This document shows, piece by piece, positions 1-10,453 of a stretch of 64,000 nucleotides of DNA. Below the pieces are notes generated by a model. That model was not told where the DNA came from and did not search any database. It worked only from the letters and a program-made list of their open reading frames with translations. The DNA is taken from the NCBI GenBank assembly GCA_963714275.1, contig CAVQNT010000002.1:826883-890882 (forward strand), given 5' to 3'. Numbering within the stretch: the stretch's first letter is position 1; every line of letters begins with the position of its first letter. This DNA is from Candidatus Bathyarchaeota archaeon (GTDB lineage: Archaea > Thermoproteota > Bathyarchaeia > Bathyarchaeales > DTEX01). The translations under genes and the position numbers were made by a program.

Positions 1-330
1 TTTTTTGAGAAAAATTGAGTCCCAATGCGTGATGATGTCTGTTGTGGGTCTAGTGTCAACGTCCAGCTGCCACCTTTGCCTCAGCAAGTTCTGGGCAGAC
101 AAACCCACATGTGCAGATGAGCCCGCTCCTGTGAGGGTTACCCTAGGATTCGGCTTCGAAAAAACGTTCGTGTCTAGGAAGGCAAGAACTTCTTCTTTCT
201 GTTTCTTTAGGTTCTCGAAATTTTCTATCCACAGTCTCGGTTGAGCAGCTATTTCCGATGGTGTATACTCGATTCCTTTTTTTGCACGTTCCTCTTTTGG
301 CAAGTTAACGAGCTCGTAGAGTTGGTTCAT
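1..330 (-). CDS. SIS-domain sugar isomerase (AgaS / GlmS-isomerase-like), N-terminal part, continues beyond window edge
   Basis: Manual minus-strand translation from ATG at 330: MNQLYELVNLPKEERAKKGIEYTPSEIAAQPRLW...VTLTGAGSSAHVG. The TxxEIxxQPxLW and GAGSS motifs fit AgaS-type SIS isomerases. Track ORF 5..244 (+) is its antisense shadow. Confidence 0.6.
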   Translation of the reverse strand, partial: MNQLYELVNLPKEERAKKGIEYTPSEIAAQPRLWIENFENLKKQKEEVLAFLDTNVFSKPNPRVTLTGAGSSAHVGLSAQNLLRQRWQLDVDTRPTTDIITHWDSIFLKK

Positions 331-331
331 T

Positions 332-1266
332 CTATCTTCCTACTGGTTTGTGCTGGTTCATGAAGGCTTGAACGTCAGCTTCTGTAATCATTTTCTCTGC
401 TCCCCCTATGTATAGGCATGAAAGGGCGCCTAAAGCGTTCGCAAACTCTATTGAAGCTTTGAAGTCTTTGTTTTTGTGTAAATAGTAATAGATGAAACCG
501 GCGTCAAAGGAGTCGCCTGCCCCAGTGGTGTCAACTGGTTTTATGCTGAACGGATTGACCTTGACTGTTTTGCTTTTATGTCTTCCAACTGCACCTTTTT
601 CGCCACGTTTAATGACAACAACTGGAACCTTCTCGTTTAACTTTTCAAGGGCTAAGTTGACACTGTTTATTCCAGCGTATGGCTTTAGCTTCTTTGTCGT
701 TTGGAAGAAAAATGTCAACGTGACCCAGAATTTCGTTGATGTACTCGTACTTGTTTAACGGGTCAGCGTTCGTGTCCAAAGATGTCGTCAATCCCTGTTT
801 CTTGGCTTCGGAAAAGACCTTGGAGATTGAACTGAGCAGCTTTCTCAAAATGTAGATTGACGAGATATGGAGGTGGTTGTAACCATGAAAAATTTCTGGT
901 GTCATTTCGGGCTCGGTTAAATTGTCGATGCCTTTCATGTAAGTAACGAGAGCCCTATTCTTTGGATATGTCAATGAAATTGTTATACCCGTTTTGATCT
1001 CGTTTTGTACCTTGACCTTGCTTGTTCCGACACCGCTTGACCTAAGATTCTTTAATGCTATATCGCCATTAATGTCAGCGCCTATTTTCCCGAATATGTC
1101 AACTTCGCTGCCTCAGCTGTGCGAGTCTACATGCGAAGATTGAGGCTGCGCCTCCCATTACGGTTTGGAAGTCCTCGCACGGAATTTCATGACCGAGAAC
1201 TGGAAGTTGGGGAGCTCCTGAAACGATCATGTCCACGTTTAGGTCCCCGATGACGAGACTTTTCAA
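332..1266 (-). pseudogene. PfkB-family carbohydrate kinase, reading frame broken twice
   Basis: C-terminal ORF 332..718 carries DTTGAGDSF (PfkB signature 2). The middle is ORF 645..974. The N-terminus (TTG at 1266, LKSLVIGDLNVDMIVSG) is in a third frame. Shifts lie near 1112-1118 (cagctgAggc) and near 675-690. Confidence 0.75.
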
Positions 1267-1425
1267 CTTTAAACACCGTTACTTAGCCTTTAATGCGTCA
1301 ATCATTATTCATAAATGCCTTTTATGTTTAGTCTTCTAACATCATTGAAGCAATTGACGGAATTGGGAGCAACAAGTTTATATGAATTAATGACTTCCCA
1401 AAAAGGGTGTCTGAGAGGAGAGCAG

Positions 1426-2159
1426 ATGAACCAAGCAGCGATCGAAACCGCAAGTCTCGTCAAGACGTTCGGAAACATAATAGCCCTTAACGGGTTGAGC
1501 TTTAGAGTGATGCAGGGGGAAATTTTGGGGCTGATAGGTCCCAACGGTGCGGGAAAAACCACAACCTTGAGGATTCTCGCCACGTTGATTAAGCCTTCTT
1601 CTGGTTCAGCAAAAATTTTCGGTTTTGATGTGGAAAAGAACCCGTCTGAAGTCCGGAGAATCATCAGCTATCTCCCGGAAGAGCTGGAGCCTACAAAAAC
1701 CTTTCAGGATGGGAGTACCTCGTGTTCATGGCAAACTTTTACTCTCTGAACAAGAAGGATGGTCAAGCCACCATTAAAGACGCAGCGGAAATTTCGGGAC
1801 TAGGCGCACGGTTGAAAGACAGGGTTAAAACCTACAGCAAGGGAATGAACCGTAGGCTGCTTCTCGCGAGGGCTTTGATGATGAAGCCTAAACTCGCAAT
1901 TCTGGACGAACCAACAAGCGGTTTGGACGTTGTTCACGCTTTCTACGTTAGACACATCATACAAAACTACGTAAAGACGTACGGCGTAACCGTTCTTCTT
2001 TCGAGTCACAATATGCTTGAGGTTGAGTTGCTTTGCAACCGGGTGGCTCTGATTAACGAAGGCAGAGTCATCGGAGAAGGAACTCCTCAGGAACTAAAGT
2101 CCAGTCACCACGCTAACAACCTTGAGGACGTGTTCATGGAGGCGACGAAACTTGGTTAG
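1426..2159 (+). pseudogene. ABC transporter ATP-binding protein (ABC-2/NatA-like), one frameshift
   Basis: Walker A GPNGAGKTT in ORF 1315..1749. ABC signature and Walker B (YSKGMNRRLLLA..LDEPTSGLD) are in ORF 1722..2159. Homology (LPEEAGAYKNLSGWEYL) puts a 1-nt loss at about 1683. The likely start is ATG 1426, preceded by gaggag. Confidence 0.85.
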
Positions 2160-3456
2160 TGGTTTAAACAATTTAATCAAAAAAGAAGTCAAAGAACTGC
2201 TTCGAGACCCAAAGATTCTACTCGGTACGGTGTTGATGCCGCTTCTCATTTTTCCACTCATGGGTAGCGCAATGAATATTTCTTCAACCGCTGTCGAGGA
2301 ATCCGTGAGGCAAGTCTCGGTGTGGCTGATGGACATGGACCGAGGACCCATGGCTCAAAGCCTTTCCCTCTCCTTCAGGAGCATGAACGTTACGATAATT
2401 GAAACCCATGCTTCCACAGTTGACGAAGCTCTAGAGGAACTCCAACAAACCAACATAACGACGCTGGTCATCATACCCAGTGGCTTCAGCCAAAACCTTA
2501 CCCTTGGCTTGAAAGGCAATGTGGAAGTCTACTCCGTCTACAAAAGCCTAAGCGTCGCAGAAGGAGTCAGGTCAACCATAGTGGACATCCCGATTAACGT
2601 GTTTGAAGGAGCCCTCATCCGACAGGCAATAAGCCAAGCCTTTCCAGGCAGAGACCCTTCGACTGTTTTGGACCCCATCTCTGTGAGTAGCTTTGCTGTT
2701 GTCAAAGGAAAAGTGATTGATGTTCCCCCCGAAGTTCTGAGGAGCCTTTTCCTGTCGCAGTCTCTCGGATTCCCCATGGTCATAATGTTGCTGCTTATTT
2801 CAGCGATGCAGGTGGCTGCGACTACTGTTTCCATCGAAAAAGAGGAGAAAACTTTGGAAACCCTCCTGACAATGCCCATCAGCAGGCTTGGTATATTGAC
2901 AGGGAAACTCGTAGGCTCAGTTGTTGTTGCTGCCGCTGGAGCAGTAGCCTCGATGATTGGAGTCAACTATTACACCAGCTCAATATTCAGTATGATGCCA
3001 ACTGAAACCGTAAACCTTGAAGCCCTTGGGTTGACAATGTCCCCCTTAGGCTACGGACTTTTGGGAGCAGTAATGTTTGTCACCATCGTTTCAGCCTTAG
3101 CCCTAGCCATCGTTGTTGCTGCCTTTTCAGAAAACGTGAGGAGCGCCCAATCTCTTGTCGGATTCCTGAACATCATTTTCATCATTCCTTCACTGGTGCT
3201 GATGTTCGCAGATATCGAAATCCTCCCATATCCTTTCCAAATGGTACTGTACGCCATTCCGTATACCCACGCAATTTTGGCATCTAAAGCTGCGTTCATG
3301 GGCGACTACTTCATTATGGTAAGAAGCATAGCCTACATCTCAGTGTTCACAGTAGCTGTATTGTACATTGCAGCCAAAATTTTCACAACTGAAAAAATTG
3401 TGACAGCAAGAATCTCCTTCAAAAAACGTGGAGCAATGAAGGCTTTATTCAAGTAA
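2122..3456 (+). CDS. ABC-2 type transporter permease
   Basis: 444-aa ORF right after the ATPase. It has an N-terminal TM segment, a large extracytoplasmic loop and about 5 C-terminal TM segments typical of ABC-2 permeases. The start is uncertain (TTG 2152 would avoid overlap). Confidence 0.75.
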   Translation: MRTCSWRRRNLVSGLNNLIKKEVKELLRDPKILLGTVLMPLLIFPLMGSAMNISSTAVEESVRQVSVWLMDMDRGPMAQSLSLSFRSMNVTIIETHASTVDEALEELQQTNITTLVIIPSGFSQNLTLGLKGNVEVYSVYKSLSVAEGVRSTIVDIPINVFEGALIRQAISQAFPGRDPSTVLDPISVSSFAVVKGKVIDVPPEVLRSLFLSQSLGFPMVIMLLLISAMQVAATTVSIEKEEKTLETLLTMPISRLGILTGKLVGSVVVAAAGAVASMIGVNYYTSSIFSMMPTETVNLEALGLTMSPLGYGLLGAVMFVTIVSALALAIVVAAFSENVRSAQSLVGFLNIIFIIPSLVLMFADIEILPYPFQMVLYAIPYTHAILASKAAFMGDYFIMVRSIAYISVFTVAVLYIAAKIFTTEKIVTARISFKKRGAMKALFK

Positions 3457-3550
3457 ATCCGAATCACAATCAGTCTACCTTGCACCGACAGCCACATAAA
3501 CGGCGAGAATCACATTTAAAGAAGTGCAACATCCTTAGAGGAGAAAAAGC

Positions 3551-4366
3551 ATGAAACTGTCATTCACGACGCTAGGATGTCCGCAGTGGACGCTTAAACA
3601 AATAGTCGAAAAAGCTGCCAAGATGGGGTATGACGCAGTTGACTTCCGAGGGCTACTTGAAGACATAGACGTCAGCCACCGACCAGAATTCACAATCCAA
3701 TTAAAAACCACAAAAAAATTGTTCAGAGACCACGGTATTGATGTCTCAGCAATCTCCGTTTCAGCCCATTTCGCAGTTGTTGACTCAGCAGAAAAAGAGA
3801 AAGAGTTCGATGAAGCACAAAGAAACCTTGAACTTGCTGCCAAGCTCGACTCGCATGTAATGCGAATTTATGGTGGGCAAGTACCAAAAGGCTACGCCGT
3901 GGAGACCATAATGCCCATTCTTGTCGAAAACCTCCGCAAAATCGGGGACGAAGCGGAAAAGTACGATGTTACTTTGGCTCTTGAAACCCACGACGACTGG
4001 ACAAACTCAGCCACCCTCGCCCGAGTCATCACCCAAGTTAATCATCCACGTGTACGAGTCTTGTGGGATCTCCATCACCCATACCGCTTTAACGGCGAAA
4101 AACCTGAACTCACCTACGCGCACCTTGGAAAGTTCACCGTCAGCACCCACGTTAAAGACTCGGTTCTCGACAAAGACGGGAAACCGTGTTATGTGCTACT
4201 CGGCAAAGGCACCGTGCCCATAAAAAGGATGCTTGAGATGCTGGTTCAAGGCGGATACGATGGCTACGCGACTCTGGAATGGGAGAAACGTTGGCTACCC
4301 GAACTCGCTGAACCCGAAAATGTTTTTCCGCAGTACGTTCAAAAGATGAGGGAATGGATGGCATAA
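3551..4366 (+). CDS. Sugar phosphate isomerase/epimerase (xylose isomerase-like TIM barrel)
   Basis: 271-aa intact ORF with family-typical pattern (MKLSFTTLGCP..., ALETHDDW, ATLEWE). Neighbours are Gfo/Idh/MocA oxidoreductases. Confidence 0.7.
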   Translation: MKLSFTTLGCPQWTLKQIVEKAAKMGYDAVDFRGLLEDIDVSHRPEFTIQLKTTKKLFRDHGIDVSAISVSAHFAVVDSAEKEKEFDEAQRNLELAAKLDSHVMRIYGGQVPKGYAVETIMPILVENLRKIGDEAEKYDVTLALETHDDWTNSATLARVITQVNHPRVRVLWDLHHPYRFNGEKPELTYAHLGKFTVSTHVKDSVLDKDGKPCYVLLGKGTVPIKRMLEMLVQGGYDGYATLEWEKRWLPELAEPENVFPQYVQKMREWMA

Positions 4367-4375
4367 TCAGTCTGT

Positions 4376-4801
4376 TTAGTTTCTAGACAAATTCGACCTT
4401 AACTTCTGTAACACCCTAAAATCAGAATCCGAAGTTAGAATTATATCAGATGATTGTTCAGCAAGGGCAAGATGTATGCTGTCGTACAAGGAGAAGAAGG
4501 TTTTTCCTGCTCTTTTAAAATATTTTTTCTCTAGTTCTGCTCCTCTGTGAGATATTGATGTGGGGACCTCTTCGATGATCGTAAGGTTTGGGATTCTTTC
4601 TATATATGCCCGCGCCTCCACCGCTTCATCATCTAAACCTTGAGAAAGGAAGGCATATACTATTTCTGCAATAACAATTGTGTCCGTGTATCCGTCATGT
4701 TCTCCGTTTGTCATTTTTGTGAGCCACTCAGCAACTTTTTCGTAGCCCTTCTCTTTCTTTAGAACTTTTAAAAAAGCGTTTGCATCAAAAAAGACCTTCA
4801 T
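4376..4801 (-). CDS. PIN-domain protein (VapC-like ribonuclease)
   Basis: 141 aa with acidic PIN residues in context: FFDANAF, IAEIVY, LYDSIHLA, LTSDSDF. No antitoxin-sized ORF lies upstream. Confidence 0.7.
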   Translation of the reverse strand: MKVFFDANAFLKVLKKEKGYEKVAEWLTKMTNGEHDGYTDTIVIAEIVYAFLSQGLDDEAVEARAYIERIPNLTIIEEVPTSISHRGAELEKKYFKRAGKTFFSLYDSIHLALAEQSSDIILTSDSDFRVLQKLRSNLSRN

Positions 4802-4984
4802 TCAACGTCAACCTCAGCCACAATCTCCTTCATCTTTTTCTTTATGAAAGTGGCATGCAACCATTATTGTGCAAAATTATAGAACAATTTCAAAGTAATT
4901 GAAAAATGTAAATTTCGTTAATACTTGAACCTTAATTTTAAGGATACATAAAAACATTAAACTTGCACTATTACTTATCTGGTT

Positions 4985-5092
4985 TGGCGCCGGGGAAGGG
5001 ATTCGAACCCATGCGGTCCGCAGGGACCACAGGCTTTCTTGGTTGAGATTATTCGCTCAAGGCCTGCGCCTTATCCACTCGGCCACCCCGGC
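4985..5092 (-). tRNA. tRNA-Ser (anticodon TGA) with about 20-nt intron after position 37, CCA encoded
   Basis: Manual fold of the reverse complement: acceptor GCCGGGG/CCCCGGC, anticodon stem CAGGC/GCCTG with loop CT-TGA-G[intron]A, long variable arm TGGTCCCTGCGGACCGC, T loop TTCGAAT. One U-U mismatch in the T stem. Confidence 0.85.
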
Positions 5093-5250
5093 TTACGGTT
5101 GCTTCGTCTTTTTTCGGTGGTAGATTAACGGTTTCCTGTTTATTTGAACCTTTTTCTTGTTGAAAAGGTTTAGGTACCTAAAAGCTGAAAAGACAGGCAA
5201 GTTTTATACAATATTAATTGAAAACTGATTTGTTATTGGAGGAGTCTTCG

Positions 5251-5538
5251 TTGAAGATTCTGCTTGATGAAATGTACGCAGGTCTTAAGGAATACTTCGA
5301 AACGTTGGGTTGGGAAGTCGTGACCATTCAGGGCGCGGGGCTTAGGGGAGCCAAGGACAGGGACGTCGTGGATTATGCGAAGAGAAACGGTCTTTTGCTT
5401 GTCACCCAGGACCAGAAACCAGCTGACCTTGCTGAGCTTTTAGGCGTAAGATGCATCCTGATTTCGAACGCTTTGATTGCGAAGATTGCGGACGAAAAAA
5501 TCAGAAATAAATATCCAGATGCGAAACCAAGCAAATAA
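5251..5538 (+). CDS. DUF5615-like (PIN-like/Mut7-C fold) small protein
   Basis: LKILLDEMY...RGAKDRDVVDYAKRNGLLLVTQDQ matches the DUF5615 pattern. TTG 5251 is preceded by ggagg. The track ORF begins at 5218. Confidence 0.5.
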   Translation: MKILLDEMYAGLKEYFETLGWEVVTIQGAGLRGAKDRDVVDYAKRNGLLLVTQDQKPADLAELLGVRCILISNALIAKIADEKIRNKYPDAKPSK

Positions 5539-5557
5539 AATGGTTGAACAGCCTGCC

Positions 5558-6482
5558 TTATTCGCCAGTTAGTCTTTCTACAAGCAGATCCTCAAACGCG
5601 GAAAGGTTCTTCCATTCGACGGCGCAGTTTACGGCTTTAGCCCCGTTGTCGATTAGGGTGTAGCCGTCGTCGGTAACGTGGACGCCGAGTTTCTGCATGA
5701 CAAGAAGTTTTTCGGAGAAGGCCAAGTAAACCGCTACGGTGTCGAAAAGGATTGTGCTCTGGGTTTTGAACTGTTGCTGCCAGTCTTCGCGGCTTTTCAG
5801 CCAAACCATGTAGTTTTCCATCAACGCTTTAACAACAGGGTCGTCGTATTCTCGAACAACACGGTACTTTTCGCCCTTAAGCACGACGAAGCCACAGGTG
5901 TCAAGCGGAGTGACCGTTACTGACCAAGGAGCACCAAAAACCTTCTGCAGCGCCTTTGGGTTCGCGCTTACATTGTATTCAGCGAGGACGCCGCCTTTTT
6001 TTCCGTCGTATCCCCAAGGGCTTTTGCGGAGGCAACCGTGCATTCCGACGAACCTTGCGTTTCGGGCTATTTCTGGCTTCCGTTCAAGAGCAGCGGCAAT
6101 GTTGGGAACTGGTCCGATGCAGATTAACGTTACAGGTTCAGGCTGAATCTGTTATTGAGTCAATTATGGCTTTTACGCCGTCCTGATGCACTGTGCCGTC
6201 GTAGTCTAACAGTTGATATGTTTTGACCCATTCTTGTTGCGGACCTGTTTTGTGGCTTTGGCGAACGCCGACTCCTACTGGAATATCGGTCCTCCCCGCG
6301 GCTTCCAGCATCTTGGCTATGATTTTGGCTCGGTAGGTCGTGTTTCCCGTGTCGGAAACAACGAGTCTAACGTCAAGCTCAGGCGACTTAAGCAGCATCG
6401 TCAAAGCCCACGTGTCGTCTATGTCGCTTCCGATGTCCGTGTCTAAGATTACGGGAACTTTTTTCCTTGAACGTTGCCCCAT
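5558..6482 (-). pseudogene. Inosine/uridine-preferring nucleoside hydrolase, one frameshift
   Basis: The N-terminal ORF has the IUNH signature VILDTDIGSDIDDTWAL. The C-terminal ORF extends upstream in frame as EPVTLICIGPVPNIAAAL. Deleting one C from cagcctg (plus 6139-6145) restores DSAEPVTLICIGP. Confidence 0.85.
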
Positions 6483-6550
6483 GCTTTACTGCCCCACCTT
6501 GAAAAGTGTCTTCAATGAACTGTTTCAATTAGTAAAGGAACTGAGCGTGC

Positions 6551-7573
6551 TTATGGATACTCGAGCTTCACCGTTTCGCCGATTCTCGAGGACTCTTCGG
6601 CGGCTTCCATGACGGCTATGACTCTCCGCGCTTCCTCAGGCTTAACTAGCAATTTGGTTCCTCGTAGCAGGTGGTCAGCGATGTTTCGGTAATACGCTGG
6701 ATGTTTGCCTTTTCTGAAGTTTACCTGTGTTTCAACGGGTTTTCCGTCGCTGTAGGTCACCATTCGGAAATATTCTTTTTCAGGCACGGTCGTTATTCCG
6801 CCTTTGGTGCCAAGGATTCGCCAACGAGACTTACCTATGCTTGCTAGGCTGGACAGCTGCACATCAGCGACAGCGCCAGATTCGAAACGGATAACCGCTT
6901 CCACTTGGTCCTCGTTCGTGACGTCCATCCACACAAGTTTATGGAAGTAGCCCGTGACTCCCGCGATGTTGCCTGGAATGAGATTGAGAACCCAATCTAG
7001 AAGGTGCGCTCCCCAGTCGTAAAGGGCTCCGCCTGAAACCTTTTTGTTTGAACGCCACCATGTTCCCGGATGCCCATATCCGCCCATGAACGCTTCTAAA
7101 TGGAAGACCTCGCCGATTTGCCCTTTGTCTATAGTTTCCTTTAATGCCATGAAGTCGCCGTCAAGCCGTCTGTTGTGGAAAACCGAAAGTGTCAGGTTCC
7201 TTTTCTTCGCTTCGTCGATCATGGCTGTGGCTTCAGCCGTAGTAATGCACATGGGTTTCTCGACAATAACGTGTTTGCCCGCCTTCAGGCACTGAAGAGC
7301 CAAACTGGCATGAACGTTGTGGGGTGTAACAACTGTGACAAGATCAACATTCGCCTTCTTCAGCATCTTGCCTAAATCCTCGTAGGCTCTGATGGAGGGG
7401 AAATCTTTCTTGGCAGCTTCAGTCTCTTTTGGGTCCGCGTCGCAGACTGCGGCAAGCTCAAGCCCGTCTGTTGCCTTTATTTGGTCGCAGTGAGATTTGC
7501 CCATGTTGAACGCTGGTCCGTAACCTACCACGGCGCATTTAATCGTGTTCTTTTTCGCATTTTTTGTTTGCAT
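6551..7573 (-). CDS. Gfo/Idh/MocA family oxidoreductase
   Basis: 340 aa intact. Has an N-terminal Rossmann motif (KCAVVGYGPAFNMG) and the EKP motif (VIVEKPM). Confidence 0.8.
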   Translation of the reverse strand: MQTKNAKKNTIKCAVVGYGPAFNMGKSHCDQIKATDGLELAAVCDADPKETEAAKKDFPSIRAYEDLGKMLKKANVDLVTVVTPHNVHASLALQCLKAGKHVIVEKPMCITTAEATAMIDEAKKRNLTLSVFHNRRLDGDFMALKETIDKGQIGEVFHLEAFMGGYGHPGTWWRSNKKVSGGALYDWGAHLLDWVLNLIPGNIAGVTGYFHKLVWMDVTNEDQVEAVIRFESGAVADVQLSSLASIGKSRWRILGTKGGITTVPEKEYFRMVTYSDGKPVETQVNFRKGKHPAYYRNIADHLLRGTKLLVKPEEARRVIAVMEAAEESSRIGETVKLEYP

Positions 7574-7715
7574 AACTAGTCCAACTTTTGAACAGTTTTT
7601 CCTTAAATCATGAAATCCATAATTTACTTTTAAGCCTTCTTAACGAAACAAGTTTAAGCCACGATTCCTAAGATTTCTTAAAACATTAAGGCAAATCCGA
7701 GAAGCTGAGAAAACA

Positions 7716-8549
7716 ATGAAGTGCCAATACTGCAACAGGAACGTCGACCTTCCATTCAGATGCTCATTCTGCGGCATCTACTTCTGCGGCGAACATAGGC
7801 TGCCCGAAAACCACAACTGCCCCGAACTATGGCAAGCAATGGTCCGGCAGCCCAGCCTCGAAGAAAAGAGCCCGCAACAATCCGGTGAAGCGCGTCCGCC
7901 TCGGACTGTCAGTCAACCCTCTTTTCAGTACAGGTTCAAAGTGCAGAGAGTCGGCTGGATGAGCAGCACCGAGATGATTCACTTAGCCGCGGGAGCGTTG
8001 ATAGTTATGGCTGTTGGGCTTTCTTGGGGTAGCAGTGGCTTAGACTGGGTTTTCCGTATCTTCTCTGACCCCGTTAACACGTTTGTTTCAGCTGCACTCT
8101 TCACGTTTATTTTTCTGTCTCATGAGCTGGCGCACAAAGCGGTTGCCAAACAATTTGGGCTCTGGGCTGAGTTTCGCATAAGCGCATTGGGTGCAGCTTT
8201 CACTTTAATGACGATACCTTTGAACCTGATCAAGATTGTTTCGCCGGGTGCTGTTAATATTGCTGGTGCAGCGGACAAAAAAATCATCGGAATAACGGCG
8301 CTTGCGGGTCCATTAACAAGCATAGGGCTTGCGGGCGTATTGTTTGGTTCATATTTTCTGATTCCCAGCAGCTCAGGTATTTTATTAATCAGGTGTGCAT
8401 CCCTCGCCATTTGGATAGCCGTCTTTAACCTTATTCCTTTAGGCATTCTGGACGGGGCAAAAGTGTTCTGGTGGAACAAGGCTGCTTGGGCAATCAGCAT
8501 CGCAGTTGCCTTCGCAATAATGATAGTAACATCTAGATTTCTAGCCTAA
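7716..8549 (+). CDS. AN1-type zinc finger fused to a site-2-protease-like (M50) membrane metalloprotease domain
   Basis: N-terminus is CQYCNRNVDLPFRCSFCGIYFCGEHRLPENHNC (AN1 Zn finger). The polytopic membrane part has HELAHK (HExxH) and NLIPLGILDG (NxxPxxxLDG). Confidence 0.7.
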   Translation: MKCQYCNRNVDLPFRCSFCGIYFCGEHRLPENHNCPELWQAMVRQPSLEEKSPQQSGEARPPRTVSQPSFQYRFKVQRVGWMSSTEMIHLAAGALIVMAVGLSWGSSGLDWVFRIFSDPVNTFVSAALFTFIFLSHELAHKAVAKQFGLWAEFRISALGAAFTLMTIPLNLIKIVSPGAVNIAGAADKKIIGITALAGPLTSIGLAGVLFGSYFLIPSSSGILLIRCASLAIWIAVFNLIPLGILDGAKVFWWNKAAWAISIAVAFAIMIVTSRFLA

Positions 8550-8646
8550 GCCAAAAACTGTATATATTATTAATGTGTAGTTTTTGGAATTTGTAAAAAC
8601 CTTTTCAAGGATTTAAGCAGCAATAATTGATTCTGAAACAACTTGC

Positions 8647-9195
8647 CTATCGAGTTTCAACCTCTGCTGCCACGCCTTGTTTGATGAGGGTTTTGGCGTT
8701 TTCTTTCGGAACCGTCGCGACATCTTCGGGTTTGAACGGTCCGTAGGTTTTCATGTCCGCTCCCACTATTTCAGGGATTTCTTGAAGAATCCTAACAACC
8801 ATCAGTCCGGGCGAGTTTTTGCCTGTTTCCTGTGGCAGTCGACCCAGCAGCACATCTTTCAGGAACGATTGGAGTGAATCTGTCTGCGCGGAAACATTTC
8901 TGTAGAGGCCTTCTTCCTCCTTAGTCAGCGTTGCTGAAGGCAGGATTTCGCCTTTTGAGACTGTGCGGACCATTTTTTCGTGGCGGGTTTGAACGAGCTC
9001 CTCAGCCATGCGTTTTACGTTTTCTTCTTCCTGCTGCAGAAGCCTGCCCTTGACTGTTTTTTCGTCAAGCATCCGTCTTTCTTCTCGGAGCTTTTTTATG
9101 TACTCAGCCAAATTAGCGTAGAATCCTTTTGGTAGGGGCTGGAACTCAGCGTTTTCTTTTTCTTTTTTCCACGCTTCAAAAATCTGGTTGTACAA
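8647..9195 (-). CDS. GINS subunit (Gins51/Gins15-type)
   Basis: 182 aa. The N-terminal helical domain (FQPLPKGFYANLAEYIKKLREE) is typical of archaeal GINS. It lies immediately downstream of priS, as in other archaea. Confidence 0.65.
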   Translation of the reverse strand: MYNQIFEAWKKEKENAEFQPLPKGFYANLAEYIKKLREERRMLDEKTVKGRLLQQEEENVKRMAEELVQTRHEKMVRTVSKGEILPSATLTKEEEGLYRNVSAQTDSLQSFLKDVLLGRLPQETGKNSPGLMVVRILQEIPEIVGADMKTYGPFKPEDVATVPKENAKTLIKQGVAAEVETR

Positions 9196-9197
9196 GT

Positions 9198-10436
9198 TTA
9201 GTCCACCAACCTAGCTGCGTCCTTGCATAAGAGGAAGATTGCTGCCGCCATAGGCAACTCGACCTTTTGTTTTTCGTATCCGCCAAACCATTCATCCCCA
9301 ATCCTGAACTTGTGGGTTTTCTCTACATATATTGTGGCTTCTCCCCTTTTGAATGCAACTGCACTTTTGAGCGGATCAAAAGAGTCGATGTTTGATGTCG
9401 GAAACGAAACTTTAAGCCACCCCGTTTTTCCGTGAAGGCTGTTGAGCAGACGGATCAGCCTGTGAATGTCGGTTGTAACCATCGTGTCAATTTTTACGGA
9501 TTGCCCTTCAACTGCGTGGTTGATGAACAGCTTCAGTTCCTCCTTGCCCACGCCTTTTATTATCCGCCAAGGTCCATTCTTCTCCCAACTTTTCAGGACG
9601 ACCTGCTTGTTTGAAAAAAGGTCATTTGCCCTTTTCTCTTTCAATCCAAGGCTCACTAGTTCTTTCACGGTCGCAGTTTTCAAGAACTCGTATGCGCCTT
9701 TCGCGATTCTGCCTTGCCATCCAAAATCGCTTAGGGCAGAACTGACTGTTTTTGCTGGTGCACGGGAAACAACCTCGACAAGGCTGAACAGAGACATATT
9801 TAGTCCAACTCCTGTGATGTAGTCGACGATTTCTTTTCGGGCGCCCGCATCCAGCTCTCGGATAACGGCGTTTACGACATGAACGTGGTAGCCTCGGTGT
9901 CCGCTGAAGGAAACTTCCACTTCTTCTGTGGAAAATCCGAATTCGGTTGTTAACATGTCAACAAGCTTGATTGTCTCTTTTTTTGCTGAGCCTAGGCATT
10001 CGTCGCATGGCCAGATTTTTTCGTCGAACCTTCTGCTTCCGCAGGCTGGGCAAACGTCGGGTTGGCCTTTGCCGCTGAATCCGCAGTCTTTGCAAGTCCA
10101 TGAGTCGTGGGTTTCTTTGCATTTCGTAGCGATGTGGTCTGCGTCGATGTCGAAGTACAGGTCAGCGCCTAGCCAACCCTTGTTTTCCATCCTTTCTTCG
10201 GGCGTCTCGTAGTAGGCTGTTGAGTGGTACGCGTGGGCTGGAACGACCTCTTTCACATATGCCCTGAGCGCATCCGAGTTCGTGAAGCCTTTGTGCCTGA
10301 CCATTATGTTTTCTTTGAAAATCATGAACCCGAATTCTCTTTGTTTGATTGATGGTGGCGCCTCGATTTTTACTGCGTTTTCTTCGTAGAACTCGGCGAA
10401 TTTTTGGCGAATAAAAGTTTGAGAGTCCATTTTCAC
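9198..10436 (-). CDS. priS: DNA primase small (catalytic) subunit PriS
   Basis: 412 aa with catalytic DLYFDIDADH, a Zn-binding cluster (CKDCGFSGKG..CPACG) and SGHRGYHVHV. Confidence 0.9.
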   Translation of the reverse strand: MKMDSQTFIRQKFAEFYEENAVKIEAPPSIKQREFGFMIFKENIMVRHKGFTNSDALRAYVKEVVPAHAYHSTAYYETPEERMENKGWLGADLYFDIDADHIATKCKETHDSWTCKDCGFSGKGQPDVCPACGSRRFDEKIWPCDECLGSAKKETIKLVDMLTTEFGFSTEEVEVSFSGHRGYHVHVVNAVIRELDAGARKEIVDYITGVGLNMSLFSLVEVVSRAPAKTVSSALSDFGWQGRIAKGAYEFLKTATVKELVSLGLKEKRANDLFSNKQVVLKSWEKNGPWRIIKGVGKEELKLFINHAVEGQSVKIDTMVTTDIHRLIRLLNSLHGKTGWLKVSFPTSNIDSFDPLKSAVAFKRGEATIYVEKTHKFRIGDEWFGGYEKQKVELPMAAAIFLLCKDAARLVD

Positions 10437-10453
10437 TGCTAGTTAGCGGAGAC

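Noticed and set aside
5-244. Plus-strand ORF of 79 aa at the window start
   Set aside because: It is antisense to a much better minus-strand frame (SIS isomerase N-terminus starting at 330) and resembles no family. It is a shadow ORF. The same applies to most short overlapping track ORFs, such as 10162..10524, 18042..18293, 42560..42844 and 54356..54628.
4802-4870. Possible antitoxin gene upstream of the PIN gene 4376..4801
   Set aside because: The only frame overlapping the PIN start (ATGA overlap) is 11 codons from ATG, or about 20 from TTG. That is too short for a VapB-type antitoxin.
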